A stretch of DNA of 64,000 nt from the human T2T-CHM13v2.0 reference genome, Homo sapiens (GCA_009914755.4 CP068257.2:16448001-16512000); one strand, 5' to 3'. Positions 26,245-41,281 are shown, counted from the stretch's first letter. Translations and numbers: made by a program. The notes: generated from the sequence alone by a model not told the origin.

Positions 26245-29044
26245 TAGCCAGACAATTGCAGATGTGTGAGTGAGGCCACCAGTGTTCAGCAGACAGCAAA
26301 TATCTGAGTGAGTTCAGCTGACACTAGCAGAAGAATTGCCAGACTTAACCCAGCCTAAACTGCTTCTTATGTATTCATGAGCTAAATAAATGCTGTTGCT
26401 TCAGGCACTAGGTTTCAGGGTTGTATGTTACATGGCAACATATTACTGATGTAATCATATTTACATTTTAGAAAGATTAATAGAAAAGTTGTAGAGAACA
26501 GATTACAGGAGATGAGGGTGACTCAGTGAATTTAGGAAACAATTGCAAGATTGTGGGAAACGCCAGTTGCTGTAAATCAGGAGCCTATGTGCCGGAATCC
26601 TGGAACTCAGCTTCTTCCTGAGGACTTGTGAAAATAATCAGGATCCTGTCTGACTGATTCCAAAGTACAGCATCTCCTCTGCCATCAAAGGCTGCTTATT
26701 TTTGCAATGTTAAGTGACTGTGCAAAATAATCCTACTGCTAGCTTGCTTACCAGGACTTGCATCCTCTTAGAAGAACTTCCCACAAAGCTATGGCAGACT
26801 TATTCTGTAACTCCAGGGAATCTCTCTGCCCTCCCTTCTTTTTTCCACACCTCCATCCATTTGAATTTCCCTGTGAATTACTCCTTTGGAAAACTTGTAG
26901 ACAGCCAAACACACAAAGTCTTTCTTATATGTCATTATTTTCTATTGCTCCAAATTTTAATCCCTGATTCACCTTCTCCCATAGTGCTGTTCTTCTGCCT
27001 TCCTCTCTAATGACTTACCTCTGCCCAAACGTTTTCACTGTGCACTTAATTATCCCGATCCATGGTAAAGGTAAGTCCTCTGTCTCTTTATTGAGTGTTT
27101 CTTCTGTTGTCCCAAACTTAAAGCTGATTTTATCATGTGGACACTCCTTATCCTGCGGATTTCTCAAATGTATCCTGCTTCATCTTCTACACCTGAGAAA
27201 TCCTAGAATTTGGAGATGATCCCTGTGTCTTCTTTCCCACTCTGCTACAACTGCTCTTCAAAGGATCAATGACTTGCTAAATGATCAAATCCAGTGGACA
27301 CGTTCAGTGGCATTGGATTTTTTTTTTTAATTACTGCCTTTTTTGTTGTTGTTGAACTGCTTTTTTACTTTAGATTTCTTAATACATTTCCTACTTTTCT
27401 CCTTGAGAATATTTTGTTTTTTCATCTTCTTCAATTTATTTCTTGAATTTTAGTGTTATTTAGGGGTACATGCAAAGTCCTCTTTTCTTTTTACATAATA
27501 TACAAAACTTCCTTGAATGATCTAATCTTCTCATGGCTTCACTGACCAACTCTATGTCAATACCTTAAGTTTTAAAGCAAAGTTTTCTCCTGAGATCTGA
27601 CCCATATGGCCCCTTCTGTTGGAAATTCCAAATTTAAGTCAAGTCAATATGCCCTTTAAACTTATTTCTCTCTCTCTCTCTTTCTCTTTTCTCTTTTATC
27701 TCATTTAGAGGTTCCAATACCTAACAGTAACCTAAATGAAGACTTGGCTCCCATACCTCTACCTCCACCAGTCACCAGGTCTTACTGTTTCTAAATGTCT
27801 CTGTGATCTGTTCACTTATATTTGTCTGTTTGCATTGCTATTATTCTAGTTCAAATCAACGCCATCTCATTTCTGTGTTAATTGAAGATTGGGTCCTTTC
27901 CTTTTATTTTCTTTTTTGTTTGAGCTTGAAAGGTAGAGAAATGCAGCTGATAGACTAAAGGATCCCTAACCAAGGCCAGATTTTCAGTAAAGGGAAATCG
28001 CAGAGAGGAGTCTGAGACTGAAGAGCAGGCCCGAGGCCACTAGAGGAAGTGATGATCCCAGCACCATCTAAGTGCCACCACGCAGTTGACATGGGTGCTT
28101 CTTATAGAGAAGGGTGTGGGTGAATCAGAAGACGTCACCTGCTAGGGAGTTGAAGCCTTTGGGGCTCAGACAGTTTTGCTCTGGGACATCTCTGAGTGAG
28201 TCACATTGAGAGAAAGATCATCCTTCTCTGCATGTTGGAATCACTGTGGCCCAGATGAATGAGCGAGGATGCTAACAAGTTGGAGCACCAAGGGAAGCCA
28301 GGCCAGGTTACTCCATTGCGCCCACATTTTTGTAGATAGCCAGAGCTTCAGCAAGTAGTGACACTGATAGAGCTTTCCAGAAGGGGTCAGCCAGCAAGGC
28401 ATTAGCTGCCATTGGGAATGGAAACCTGATCAGGTTATAGCGGTGTTCCACTATCAATAGCAAAGCAGGATGTTAAACGGCAGAGTACAGTAGCTGATGC
28501 TATCTGGGTTACCTCATGAGCTGTCATAATAGTAGAAGCTTTAAGTCCAAACTTCCCAACCTGTGGCAAGCATTTATTGATGGGCTATTAATCCCCTCAG
28601 CCCTTGGGATGGCTGGGCAGAAACTTGGACAGCTGGAGCCCCCAGGCCTGTTGTGTTAGATCATTTATCCTAACAGGGTAAACAGTATAATTTTCCACAG
28701 TGGTATGACGAGATAAATATTGGGAAGTACTGTGGTTTAAGGATCTGCTAACCATCTGCTAGATGAAGTGACAGTTCTATTCCCTCTGTGTTGCAAACTG
28801 ACTGAAAGTTCACAGTTCAGAGGCTTCTCCTGCCTCCTTGGTAGTTAGCTTAATGTGTACAATATACAGCTGTGTCTGCTTCAATTCTGTCCTAAGCCAG
28901 TATTTTACTCATTCATAAAAAAATTACTCCCTTCACCCCTAGGAAATAGATTAATGAACAAGACTGATTAATTTTGTGCCTTCGTGTAGCTTATATTTTA
29001 GTGGGGGAGAAATACAATAAAAAATGAGTTATTGTCATTGTGAC

Positions 29045-29110
29045 TTTAATTAAATAAGAATAAATAAATAAGATAAAATAAATAAATAAATAAGAAGAAA
29101 TAAATAAAAC
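29045..29110. repeat. (AAAT)n-like low-complexity tract
   Basis: taaataagaataaataaataagataaaataaataaataaataagaagaaataaataaaac. Confidence 0.7.
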
Positions 29111-29321
29111 AAAGAAATAGACATTTTAAAAGGGAGGTAGTTGTTATTTTAAAATTGAATTGAATTTGGAAAGCTTGATAAAGGTGAATTGTTTAAACAT
29201 TGCTATTAAATTAGCTTTAAGCAAGCATCCTTAAAAAGTTAAAGAAAAATTCTCATTCTATTTCCACATTTGGCTTGCTGTGCAGGGCTCTTTAAGTTTT
29301 CAGGTAACTCTAAAGAAACAG

Positions 29322-29450
29322 AAACCTGAAATCATAAACCATTTTTGTTATGGTGGTGTATACATAAAAGACAACAGGGAAAAATCCTGAGCAGATCTGT
29401 GATCAAGTAGACCTCAAGTTGAATTGGGAAATTAATGTACCTTTACATGT
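29322..29450 (+). repeat. Copy A of a direct repeat of about 125 bp; copy B lies at 31593-31730
   Basis: Copy A reads ...aaatcataaaccatttttgttatggtggtgtatacataaaagacaacagggaaaaatcctgagcagatctgtgatcaagtagacctcaagttgaattgggaaattaatgtac. Copy B reads ...aaatcataaaccatgtatgttataatggtgtatgcataaaagacaacagggaaaactgaacatacctgggaccaagcagacctcgagttgaactgggaaattaatgtgc. Identity is about 80%. Confidence 0.7.
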
Positions 29451-31592
29451 TTTCAATTAAAACACAATGTTTAAAGTACATTTTAATATTTTTCAGATTT
29501 AACTGGTTTTTTAAAATTAACAAACTGCATAAATTGCTTTGAATAGGAGAGCTTCTGTCTTAATTCGCTCAGTAAATGTTTATTGAGCCTCAATCATGCC
29601 ATCAAAACTCTGTTTAGGTACTCTGAGAGATGCAAAAATGAGACAAGAATCTCATTCTTGACAGGCTAGCAGTTTGAATGAGATGAATGCAAAACACTCA
29701 AAGACAGTAGGTAATGAGACAGACAATGCATTCCAACCACTAGTCTCTCCTCAAAAATACTAATTAACATCCTCAAACACTTCTCAAAAGTCTTACTTTT
29801 AAGAACCTAAAAATTATGAACCTCTGTATATTGTCTGAATTAGCTTTATCCATCATTATCATCTAATCATAAGTCACTCTTCCAATAAAAGTATAAAGCA
29901 GTAGCCAATACTGTAATGTTTCTAAGATGTTAACAAATGCATCTTAAATGGGTCCTATATTTCATGTAATTATCTTGACACTATGTCTGTATGGGACTGA
30001 CAATTCTATTCTAAATAATTAACTAAGGAAGGAATGGGCCAGCTTCTAAGGCCACTCAACATCAAAACAACTCATTTTGAATTCCCCTAGCCCTTGTCTC
30101 TAATGACACTTCACTCTCCTTAATTATGTGCTTCCTTTCATAGCTCTTCTGTCTTGAAAGGGCAGTTACCATACTTTAAATACAAAAACTCATGACTACT
30201 ATAGATTTCTTTTTTTGTTTGTTTTTTACAGTTTTCAAAATGCTTTCACATACATTTTTCACTTCAAACTTCTGTCTTCCTTCCATCTCCTAGTTCTCCA
30301 AGCCAGATGGAAGAGTCAGCCGGCCTTGCTCCACTCCCAGCAGTCAATTTTAACTCATAAATCTCTTTCCCCTCTTTCCTTTTATATGATATATCCTTTT
30401 ATTTTTTAAAAACCACGACTCTTTAAAAAGAAGCTTTAGTGAGGTGTAATTTGCATATGATAAACTGAGCATGTTTAATGAGTACAATTTGATAAGCTTC
30501 AGCTGAGGTATATGCTGGTGACAGCATCATCACTCTCAACATAAGGAACATACCCATCATTCTCAAAGTGTCTTTGTGCCCTTTCAACCCCTTCCTCACA
30601 CTTCACATCCCCAGTCATCCGCTGATCTAGTATCTGTTCCAGATCCCAAAGTCAGGCTGAGAGGTAGTAGACAAAGAACTGTGGAATGTTCCATTAACTC
30701 CCCGTTTGTTTACCCTATGAGGTTATCTAACTAGTTGGGGGCTAAATCAGGGATCAGCTTCCTATTTTCTGTGCAAACCTCACAAGCTGCATGTACTGTA
30801 GTGTTCACAGTGCTAACCGTGGGAGAAAGAAACTCCAATAAAGGGGTTGCTTATCAAATGGTCCAGGAATGTGCCACAAAGGAAGAGGGTACAATTGGCT
30901 TAAGATCTACATGAAGGGACAATGAGGAGCATTTCTGAATGGGTAGGTCAAGCCAGAGGAACATATGTCTAAGCTTTGGGACTTGAAATAGAGTTCTTTT
31001 TCAATTAAGAAGTTGCCCTGTGAAAGCTGCCAATAACTCAGGGTAGGGGGTTTATGGAGATTATATAATAGCAGTGGAGGAAAGAGAACATAAAGTAGGG
31101 ATGGAAATAAATAGAAATTTATTAGCTTGTAAAATTATATATGAGCATTGGAAGGAACCTCAAGAATCATCTAGTCAATGCTCTGATTTTGGTGTCATAA
31201 AAACAAAGTATGCAGGTCATCCAGTTCACTTGTGGCAGATCTAGAGCTAGGATCCAAGCCTCCGATTTTGATTTTGTAGGATTATTTTTCCTTGCAGAAT
31301 TAATATTACTATAGATAATGCCTAAGAATATTAGGCTCTGCTAAAATTAGCTGCTCTGTTTGGTGGTGAGATGCAGAAATTTGTATCTTGGGATGGTGGT
31401 TGCAAGTCCTTGTGACTAGGCGAAAAATATTCCCCAGTAGCTCTTGATTAGTCCCCATATCACTGGAGCAAGGGGCTAAAGATATATATTTGTAGATCTT
31501 TGAGATAAGAATTGTTTCACATTGTGCTGATGATATTATTAGAAGTATAAATTATTGAGCTATGTCCAACATAAAGTTATTTTCTGACTTGT

Positions 31593-31730
31593 GCAGACAC
31601 AGAGTTAAATCATAAACCATGTATGTTATAATGGTGTATGCATAAAAGACAACAGGGAAAACTGAACATACCTGGGACCAAGCAGACCTCGAGTTGAACT
31701 GGGAAATTAATGTGCATACCCTGTGTATGG
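31593..31730 (+). repeat. Copy B of the direct repeat of about 125 bp (see 29322-29450)
   Basis: Aligned by eye to copy A, same orientation, 2.27 kb downstream. Confidence 0.7.
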
Positions 31731-32556
31731 GGTAGAAAATGGAGAAATAATATTGTCTAAGTTTATTTGTTTCCTATGGCTGTTTTTCTGTCCACATCCC
31801 TGTCATTTCTAATCTGACCTCAGGCCTGTGAGCTGAAATTCACAGTTTTATCGTGTTTTACCTTTCCCTTTTCAGCTTAATTTGTCTCCTTTCCTGACAA
31901 TAGGTCACACTGATTCACACAAAACATTTATTGGAAACCAAGAGGAACCTGTTTATTGTTTATATCTTTTTGTTTTAAAAATGTGTGTGTACATATATAC
32001 AAAATATGTGTCTCTATGTCTATCTATACATATACACATATTTAAATGTTTTCCTATGCTGTCCATAGCTAATTTTGTTGTTTACTTTGGTATGATACTT
32101 ATTTGCAAAATACCTCTGTGAATATCCTGATAATGTAATGGACTTCTCTTGTAACCATTCATTTTAATCCTATCATATGTAGAAAACCAAAAATCCTGTG
32201 TTCAAATTGCCTGTGCCTTTCCATGTGTACTCACATCCCAATATAGTCACCACCAAGAATAATGAAGTACAAATCCTACATTTTTTCAAGCTTAGGGAAG
32301 ATGGCATGACAAATAGCTACTTTTCTTTCAGTTACCTCTAGTTATAAGGCTCGGATTGCATTTGTAAAGCATTAAAACATTTCCAAGTTTTCCAGATGCT
32401 CTCATTTTGTACCCTGGCTGTCTGTTTTCTGTGTTCTCTGGTGATTTTTCATCTCAAACTCATACTTTTCAAGTTCCTCAGGGCTTCTCTTCTTTCTACA
32501 CATTCTCTTGTGATTTCATCTATTTCTGTGGTTCTAAATAAGATCTTTTAGACTCA

Positions 32557-32757
32557 GCAGGGGTGTCCAATCTTTTGACTTCCCTGGGCCACAGTGGAAG
32601 AAGAACTGTCTTGGGCCATACATAAAATACATTAACACTAATGATAGCTGATGAGCTAAAAAGAAAATCACGAAACAACCTCATAATGTTTCAAGAAAGT
32701 TTACAAATTTATGTTGGGCTGCATTCAAAGTCATTCTGGGCCGCAGGTTGGACAAGC
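32557..32757 (+). mobile_element. Non-autonomous hAT-type DNA transposon remnant, MER30-like from memory
   Basis: Reads caggggtgtccaatcttttgacttccctgggccacagtggaagaagaactgtcttgggccatacataaaatacattaacactaatgatagctgatgagctaaaaagaaaatcacgaaacaacctcataatgtttcaagaaagtttacaaatttatgttgggctgcattcaaagtcattctgggccgcaggttggacaagc. The ends form an imperfect terminal inverted repeat (ggtgtccaa...ttggacaagc). Short length and sequence fit a MER-type hAT element. Confidence 0.5.
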
Positions 32758-34782
32758 ATGTTTTAGAGGATAACTCCAGTACTGACTATGCCTACAATTC
32801 CAGACTTATAGAGCCAACTGGTCACTTGACATTTCTATTTAGATATCAAAGAGGCATCTCAAACTTAACATGGCCCAAACGCTTACTTTCTTGTTCTTCA
32901 AATCTCCTCACTCATCTTCATTTCAGTAAATACTATAGTGCATTACTTCCCCAAATAACTTAAACTAAAAATCAAGTTATTGTTTGTGTCTCTACTTTTA
33001 TCATAATCACTTATCAGGTCCTTTGGACACAACCTCCTGAGTGAGGGGTGTTCGTTCTTTGATGCTTAAAGTTGTACAATCCTTTTTTCTTGTAGAGCCA
33101 GTATGATCATATCACACCTGTTTTTAACTCTCTAACCACTGCTAATCACAATTAGAATAAAATTCACTCCTTGCCCTGGTTTATCAAGCGCCTTTAGATC
33201 CAGGCTATCTTTACGTCATCAACTAATCTCATAGTGCTGGTCACTAGTTAATATTTTTCTTATTTATTGTCCCCTTTTCCCATTTTTCGAAGTGTAAATT
33301 CCATGAATGCAGATTTTTATTATCAGTGCCAGGCACTTTGTAAATGCTCTATTTATCTATCTATCCATATTAAATAAATGAATGGTGTGTTAAGCTAAGT
33401 GAATTATAGCCCCTAAAGAGCAACTATACTCTTAAATTTTCTAAAAATGATTACCTTGCTTTAATCTCTATTCATGAAGAATTTAGTTTTATGATGATAA
33501 AACAACTATAGGGTTCTAAAGGCCTAAGTGATTCCAGTTGAAATGATTATGCTTTTTCATTTTTTTATTGATTTATTAAACAACTCTGATCAAAATAATA
33601 TACGTCAGATGGGATAAATTCAAAACTACCAATGGATGACATACATTCTTTTTAAAACCTTTTAATATCTTTTAATATTATATACTTTCTTACGGTCACT
33701 GGATGAGGTCCATAGACTGCATTAAATTCTTATAAAATATGGCTTTTCTACTGAAGGAGGATAATTAATTTGAGCAGTGTAAGGGGAAAGTTAGCATATT
33801 GTTGCGCCATTTTCTGGAAGAAATTATCTGTGTGCTCAAATGGCTGATTAAAAGCTGTGACAATGTCTGGCACCTAAAAAACAAGGAAAAATCCCTACCA
33901 ACATATTTCTGCTCAATTTTTTTTTTTACTATTTTAATGGGCTCTTCCAATGCCAGAGAGCCCTACCACATCAATGTGGATACAGAAGTAACATCACCAA
34001 AGAATAGAACACATTTGAAAATAGACTTGCCTAGGAATGAAGGTGGTTTAGAAAAAAAGATAATACATGTAGATTACAAATAAAGCACTACTAAAGCTAA
34101 TGGCTGGATATTTAAAAAATGCGTTCATCAAATAAATCCTGTAATCTTGAACAGTGATGTTTCCATTAGACGCTTATTTATCTACCTAGTTTGTCCGTCA
34201 GTTTAAAGTGATTTCATTAATCATTTTATGTTTATCGTTTGATGTAAAGCAACATATTCTCTCCCATCGTTATATGTTAATTTAATCATCAGTTTATGTT
34301 TGTGTACGTTTACACAATTCTATTTGGATGGTTATTTTACTTCCTATTTGAGATTATTGAGATAAACAAGCAGCTTTCGATGCTAAAGATTTAGGGCTTA
34401 ACATCAAAACGTCTGACTGAGCAATACAGTAAGTAGCCGAAACTCTTTCATGCACAAGACTGCTTATGGGAGTATATCACAGGCAGCATGGACTTATGCA
34501 AAAGAGTGAATGAGAGGTCTCCCCGAGGAGCTTCTTCAGATGTTCCTATCCTCAGGCACATACCCTCACTGGATGCTGTGGTATAAGACCTAAAAGTAAA
34601 GCCCAATATTATGTGCTGCTTTGACGTTTGGTGAAATCAGGAATGATCATTTGGCTTAACCCCAAGTTCCACTTCCCACTCTGCTCCTGTAGATACGGTT
34701 CCCCAGACAAACAAACCTTCTTATTAAGGAGACTAGGTGCAATTTCTGCTTATTCCTAAGTAGTAGGTTTCAATTCTATACC

Positions 34783-35150
34783 AGTTGTCTTAGTCCATTT
34801 GCTGCTATAACAGAATAGTATAAATAGGCTAATTTATAAAGAAAATAAACATATTCCTCATTGTTTTGGAGGCTGGAAGTCTAAGAGCATGGCCCTAGAA
34901 TCTAGTGAGGGTCATTCTGTGGCAGAAGGGCAGGCAGCAGAAATGAGCATGCATGGCAGAGAGAGGAAATGAGGGCTGAATTTCATTATTTTATCAGGAA
35001 CTCATTCCCACAATAACTAACCTGCTCCGTAAATAATGGCATTAATTTATTTATAATGGAGGAGCCCTATGACCTAATAACTTCTTAAGGCCTCACCTCC
35101 CAATACTGTTACATAGGCAATTAAATTTTGGCATGAAATTTTTTTTGTGC
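34783..35150 (-). mobile_element. Older MaLR-family LTR (MST/MLT-like) in minus orientation
   Basis: Reads cagttgtcttagtccatttgctgctataacagaatagtataaataggctaatttataaagaaaataaacatattcctcattgttttggaggctggaagtctaagagcatgg...ggagccctatgacctaataacttcttaaggcctcacctcccaatactgttacataggcaattaaattttggcatgaaatt. The motif order matches the reverse complement of MaLR LTR consensi. It is more diverged than the THE1 and MST copies. Confidence 0.45.
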
Positions 35151-35258
35151 GGGGCGGGTGGCATTCAAACCACAGCCCCAGCCCATGGAATTATTATTCA
35201 AGCAAGCCATTTCTGTCTTCCCAGCAAGAACGCAGGGTACCTCACCCTTTTGATACTA

Positions 35259-35461
<203 letters not shown>

Positions 35462-36972
35462 TACTACAAAGTCTGCTTTCCATAGCCCTAGGCTGTTCAC
35501 TCTATTCATGAATGACCTTGCGTGGCATGTGACGTTCTGTTCCTCTGGACTGTAAGTATTTGTGACTAATAAATGATTGTCAATATCGTAAGTCCAGTTT
35601 CAGTTATTGTATGTCTGGTCATCCCATTACCCTAAAGTGGGAATCGCTCCCTCATCAGTGGGTGAATAGGAGGTGATTAAAACAGACCCTCCCCTGCCAC
35701 TCCCACCCACCATGTGCTTGGCCCTACACCAGTATATTGCTACTCAATGTCTTCGGACATTCTGATATGTCACTGCTGACCTTGTGCTTAGAAATATGTC
35801 TTCTTGTATCTGTGCTCTGAGGGTAAGACATGGCATTCAGAAAATAGCATAAATCATCTGGTTCCATATGCTCAAATATATTTTAACTGTGACAATCTAT
35901 TTGACTATCTATAGAAAAGATAACTACCTTAGTTCTAAGACAATAGTAGGTTAAAATTTTAAGATTTAAAAAATTTTCGTGGTGAGAATGTTATACTATC
36001 AAACAAGTCATTGACAGAAGTCTGGATCATGTGAAACACATAAATGGCCTGCTTTGCACATAAATAAACCTCTGAAGAAGTTTAGGACGTTTGAACTGGT
36101 AGAAGAAAGGTAGAAAAAAGAAAGTGAATAGTGTTCTGAATAAATAACAATAGCTGGTATTTACTAAGCACTTACTATATCCGGTGATTTCCATGCATTT
36201 TCTCACTTAGTTCTCACAATAAACTTATGAAACTATTATCATAGATTACAAACAAAGCGAAAATAAAACTCCAAGATGTAGCAAGTTAAATAAGTTAGCC
36301 AGGGCTAGAAAGTGGGGAATATAAGGTAGGAGTCTACCAATCTGTCTAAATCCAGGTCTAGGATCTCAAAAAAACTTCCTACCTTTCAGTAAATATACAT
36401 GCATCAGTAGTGAGTCACATAAATCAAGAATGGTACACTAATTTGCAGCTCCAACACTCGCTAGCTGTTTAGTCTTAAGCCAGGTGTGTCTGATCTCCTT
36501 AAAATTGTTTTCTCTTTTATGATAAACAAAAAGCTAGCAAACAAAAAGTACTTTAGAGCACTGCTATAAGGATTTACTGAAATAATGTAACTTAAAACAC
36601 ATGGAATGTTTGTTGTGCTTATTTCTAATCACTGTTTTATTCAGTCACCCATTCAGTAAATATTTTCTGATCTGCTAACATGTGCTAGCTACTGTTATGG
36701 ATACTTGGATTATGTCAACAAAAAAAGCAAATAGTCCTACCTTCATTCACATCTTACTCCATTCATCAGATAAATTCCAAATGAATCAGAGTCAAATATA
36801 GAATATAAAATCATACAACAACTAGAAGAAAATATAAGTAAGTAGCTCTAAAACCTAAAAGTGAGGAAAACGTTTCTCACTGTGACTTAATATTCACAAG
36901 CAATATAGAAAATTGATTACATTATTTTTAAATTTAATTAATTGTATTAATTACATTTAATTAATTAATTAA

Positions 36973-37119
<147 letters not shown>

Positions 37120-37404
37120 TAAAGATTAAAAAAACCTGAAAACTTTTGTATGGAAAAAGGCACCAAAAACAGCATAAAAAGAAAAACAGCTCACAAAAAT
37201 ATTGGTGAGGAGAATATTATGTATTAAAATTGATAAAGCAGCAGCAGGTTTAGAGAGGATTCACTCCAATTTTGAAAGAATTTCCAATACAGGTAAAATG
37301 CTATCAAACAGTATCACATGCTACAGGGAAATCTTTCATGAAATGAAGAGTAAATTGATGCAACAAACTTCATTGTTGTCTTATTTTTAAAAAAATGCAA
37401 CAGT

Positions 37405-37527
37405 CTATAGTCCCAGCTATGCAGGAGGCTAAGGCAGAAAGATCCCTTGAGCCCAAAAGCTTGAAGCTGCAGTGAGCTATAATTATGCCACTGCACAAGA
37501 CATAGCAGGATTCTATCTCTTAAAAAA
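37405..37527 (+). mobile_element. Partial, older Alu right arm (AluJ/FRAM-like) in plus orientation
   Basis: Reads tagtcccagctatgcaggaggctaaggcagaaagatcccttgagcccaaaagcttgaagctgcagtgagctataattatgccactgcacaagacatagcaggattctatctcttaaaaaaa. Confidence 0.7.
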
Positions 37528-39040
37528 ATTGCCACAGCTATTCCAACCTTCAGCAACCACCACTCTGATTAGTCACTAGCCATCTACATCGAGGAAAGAT
37601 GCTTCACCAGCAAAAGGATTATGACTCTATGAAGGCTTAGATGATTATTAATGGGTTTTAGCAATAAAGTATTTTAAATTATGGCATGTACATTTTTTAA
37701 GAAACAATGCTGTTGCATACTTAATAGACTATAGTGTACTGTAAATATAACTTTTATATACACTGGGAAAACAAAAAAATTGTGCAACTTGCTTTATTGC
37801 TATATTCACTTTATTACGGTTGTCTACAACCAAACCCACAATATTTTTGAGATGTGCTTTCATTCTGATAGGGATTGCATTGACTCTATAGATTGCTTTG
37901 AATAGTAATGGTCATCTTGACAATATTTATTCTTCTAATCCATGAACACGGGATATCTTTTCATTTTTTTTTTTTTGCATCTTCTTCAGGGGCACTTCAT
38001 TTTATCACACACAATGATATATTACTAGGGCTTAATATCCTCGTATGACAGCAGAAAACTCCAATTAGTTATCTCTTAAAGAGTTGAAAATGGCATTTAA
38101 AAAATCTTTCATAAATTAAGAGGATTATTAAATTTACAGATATTAATGCAAATCATTCTTCAACTCAATGCTAGTAAAAAATCCATGATGCTCCGGTGGG
38201 AAAATATCAGGTAAGAAAGAAGACTGACTCCTAACAGAAATGACAATAGATTAAGGAACTCTCACCAGACTCTACAGAAATCCTGGAATACTCAGCTCTT
38301 ACACAACAATGCCCTGTGCAGATAAATTGATGGCCAAATGAACTCTCACAATGCCACTTCTACTCCAATAGACTTCTATACCATAAACATGTTATCCTTC
38401 GCGTCAGTCATCAAGTGACTGAGTCACATTTGCCAGGATTTAAATCAAAGATATGTACAGGATATTGAAGAGATACCAAGGGAACAGTTAATTTAAACAC
38501 AAGTTAACTGGGGAAAGAGAGAATGAGGAATAATGATGATGGATATATGTTTTTTTTTAAGGAATAATGAAAATGTTCTAAAAATACAGTGTAATGATGA
38601 TTGAACAACTCTGGATATACTAAACGCCACTGAATTGTGTGGCTTTTAATCACTTTAAAAGGATGATTCATATGGTATTTGTGGTGTCTATATACATATG
38701 AATAAATCTGTTATCAAAAAAGTAAAGCAGAGATCTATAGGAAAATGGTTGATTTTCTGTCTGGGGCAGAAAATGTGTGAGATGAGCCTGGATCCATTGG
38801 TCATGTCAGAAAGTGAGAAATCTATTAAAAATCTGTATGTTGTACCATCAATATTTAGAAACCAGCTTGAATATGCTCACAGTGATCAAAGATGGGGCAA
38901 CTTACACATCAATAAGAAAGTAATTGACATAAAGTAAAACACATAAAACATGTCCAAGAATTGGCAAGGCAACTAAAAAAATTCCTCATCAATCATCGAA
39001 TAAATCTTTTGTGGTTACATAACCAGTTGCGTTGCCATTG

Positions 39041-39069
<29 letters not shown>
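39041..39069. repeat. Poly(T) mononucleotide run of 29 T
   Basis: gttgccattg followed by 29 T, then agcttaaaacagcag. Confidence 0.95.
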
Positions 39070-39071
<2 letters not shown>

Positions 39072-39234
39072 CTTAAAACAGCAGTATTTACTACTGCACA
39101 GTCTCCATGAGTCAGAAGTTTGGGCACAGCTTATCTTTATCTTCTGCTCAGAGTCTCACAAAACTGCAGTTGAGGTGCCAGTCAGGCCTGGCTCTCATCT
39201 ATCTTGGTCAGTGCTACTGTCATTTGAGACCTGT

Positions 39235-39860
<626 letters not shown>

Positions 39861-40009
39861 CTATGGTATATTTGTTATGAAAATCCAAAGAAAGTACAAT
39901 TGTATACTTACAATTTTAGAAAGGATTAAATGTTATTGGAAAGTGGATGGTGTATGGTGAGGATGTGCAGTATTCAGTAAAATGATCAATAAAATGTGTA
40001 ATTTACATA

Positions 40010-40112
40010 TCAGAATACATTCTGGAGCAAGGAGCAAGGAGAAGGAATAGAGAGTAAGTTGATATCTATGTCTTAATCTGTTTTTTTTCTCCGTTTTGGT
40101 TTCTGTTCATGA
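40010..40112 (+). repeat. Copy 1 of a local direct duplication of about 100 bp; copy 2 at 41380-41483
   Basis: Copy 1 reads cagaatacattctggagcaaggagcaaggagaaggaatagagagtaagttgatatctatgtcttaatctgttttttttctccgttttggtttctgttcatgatgg. Copy 2 reads ccagattttcaccggagcaaggagaaggaatagggggcaagttgatatctatgtcttaatctgtttttttccccccagttttggtttctggttcatgtgg. Core identity is about 90%. Confidence 0.75.
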
Positions 40113-41223
40113 TGGTATATCATAATCTCTTATACGTGTGTCTACTTACATGCATATATTACATATTCATAAAACATTTATTTGTAAAATTAATAGTTTC
40201 ATGTTTAGTAATGGCAATGCTATAGAATTTATTGTAGACGTATGAAACTGTATATAGTTCTTTTATCTCTCTAAAATCAAAGTGAAACCTTTTCTTTATC
40301 TAAATAATTATACCCCACTTTGTAGTTTTATGCCGTTTACTTTTTCTATGTGGAGCCAAATATAGCCATATAAGATGTATGTACTAAGATTTTTGAAATA
40401 TATTTAATTTTTTAAAAACCTATTTTATATTTTATTGGATTTTTTTGTCACTTGCTGTATATTCTGTAGCAATAATTTCTATTAAAAAGAGTTTAATGAT
40501 AAAAATGATGATGGGTTATTTTAATGAAGTTCTACCATATAAAACATACTCAGAATAATTTTTATTTTAATAAGACTAGATATCTTATTGAAATTCACCA
40601 CAAACTTGACAAAGAAGAGATTTTTTTTTTTTAACCATTTACCATTACTTTGTGGGATTGCTTTTGGTTTATTGTCCTGTTATTCTAATACTGAATTGAT
40701 ATTTTGCATGACAAGCCTTATTAATTTGCCAGAATTATTCCTCCTGGCAACATCTATTCAGAATGCATTGTAGAAGCAGGTAGAGGGTTAGTGGGGAAGG
40801 ATGGAAGTAAATAATTTAATGTATTAGAGAGGAAAATGTGATGCAAGAGCCGCAGAGGAAATTCTATCAATTTGAATAATAGACAGTGAGAGTTCTTGAG
40901 TTCTTCAAAACATTAGTATCTTTGTAGTAGGGCTTTGAGAATTAGGGTTGAGTGATCCTAACATCATCTGGCATTGGTTTACCTTCAACAGATCCTCAAC
41001 TAAAGCAGTTTAGACAGAAGTAGAAATCCATTAAAAATTATTTGCAGGAGGATATTTATCAAATTCTCCCTGTGGACCACTTATCCGGGGGAAATCATAT
41101 TTGGACAAGTTCTGATAATACAAAAATGGTGTGATGTTCCTGGAATGAGGCTGATAAATTGCTTGGCAGTTGCAGTGCAAAAAATATATGCATGGTGTTG
41201 GGTAATAAATACATCTTTAGTAT

Positions 41224-41240
41224 TCTCTCTCTCTGTCTTT

Positions 41241-41281
<41 letters not shown>

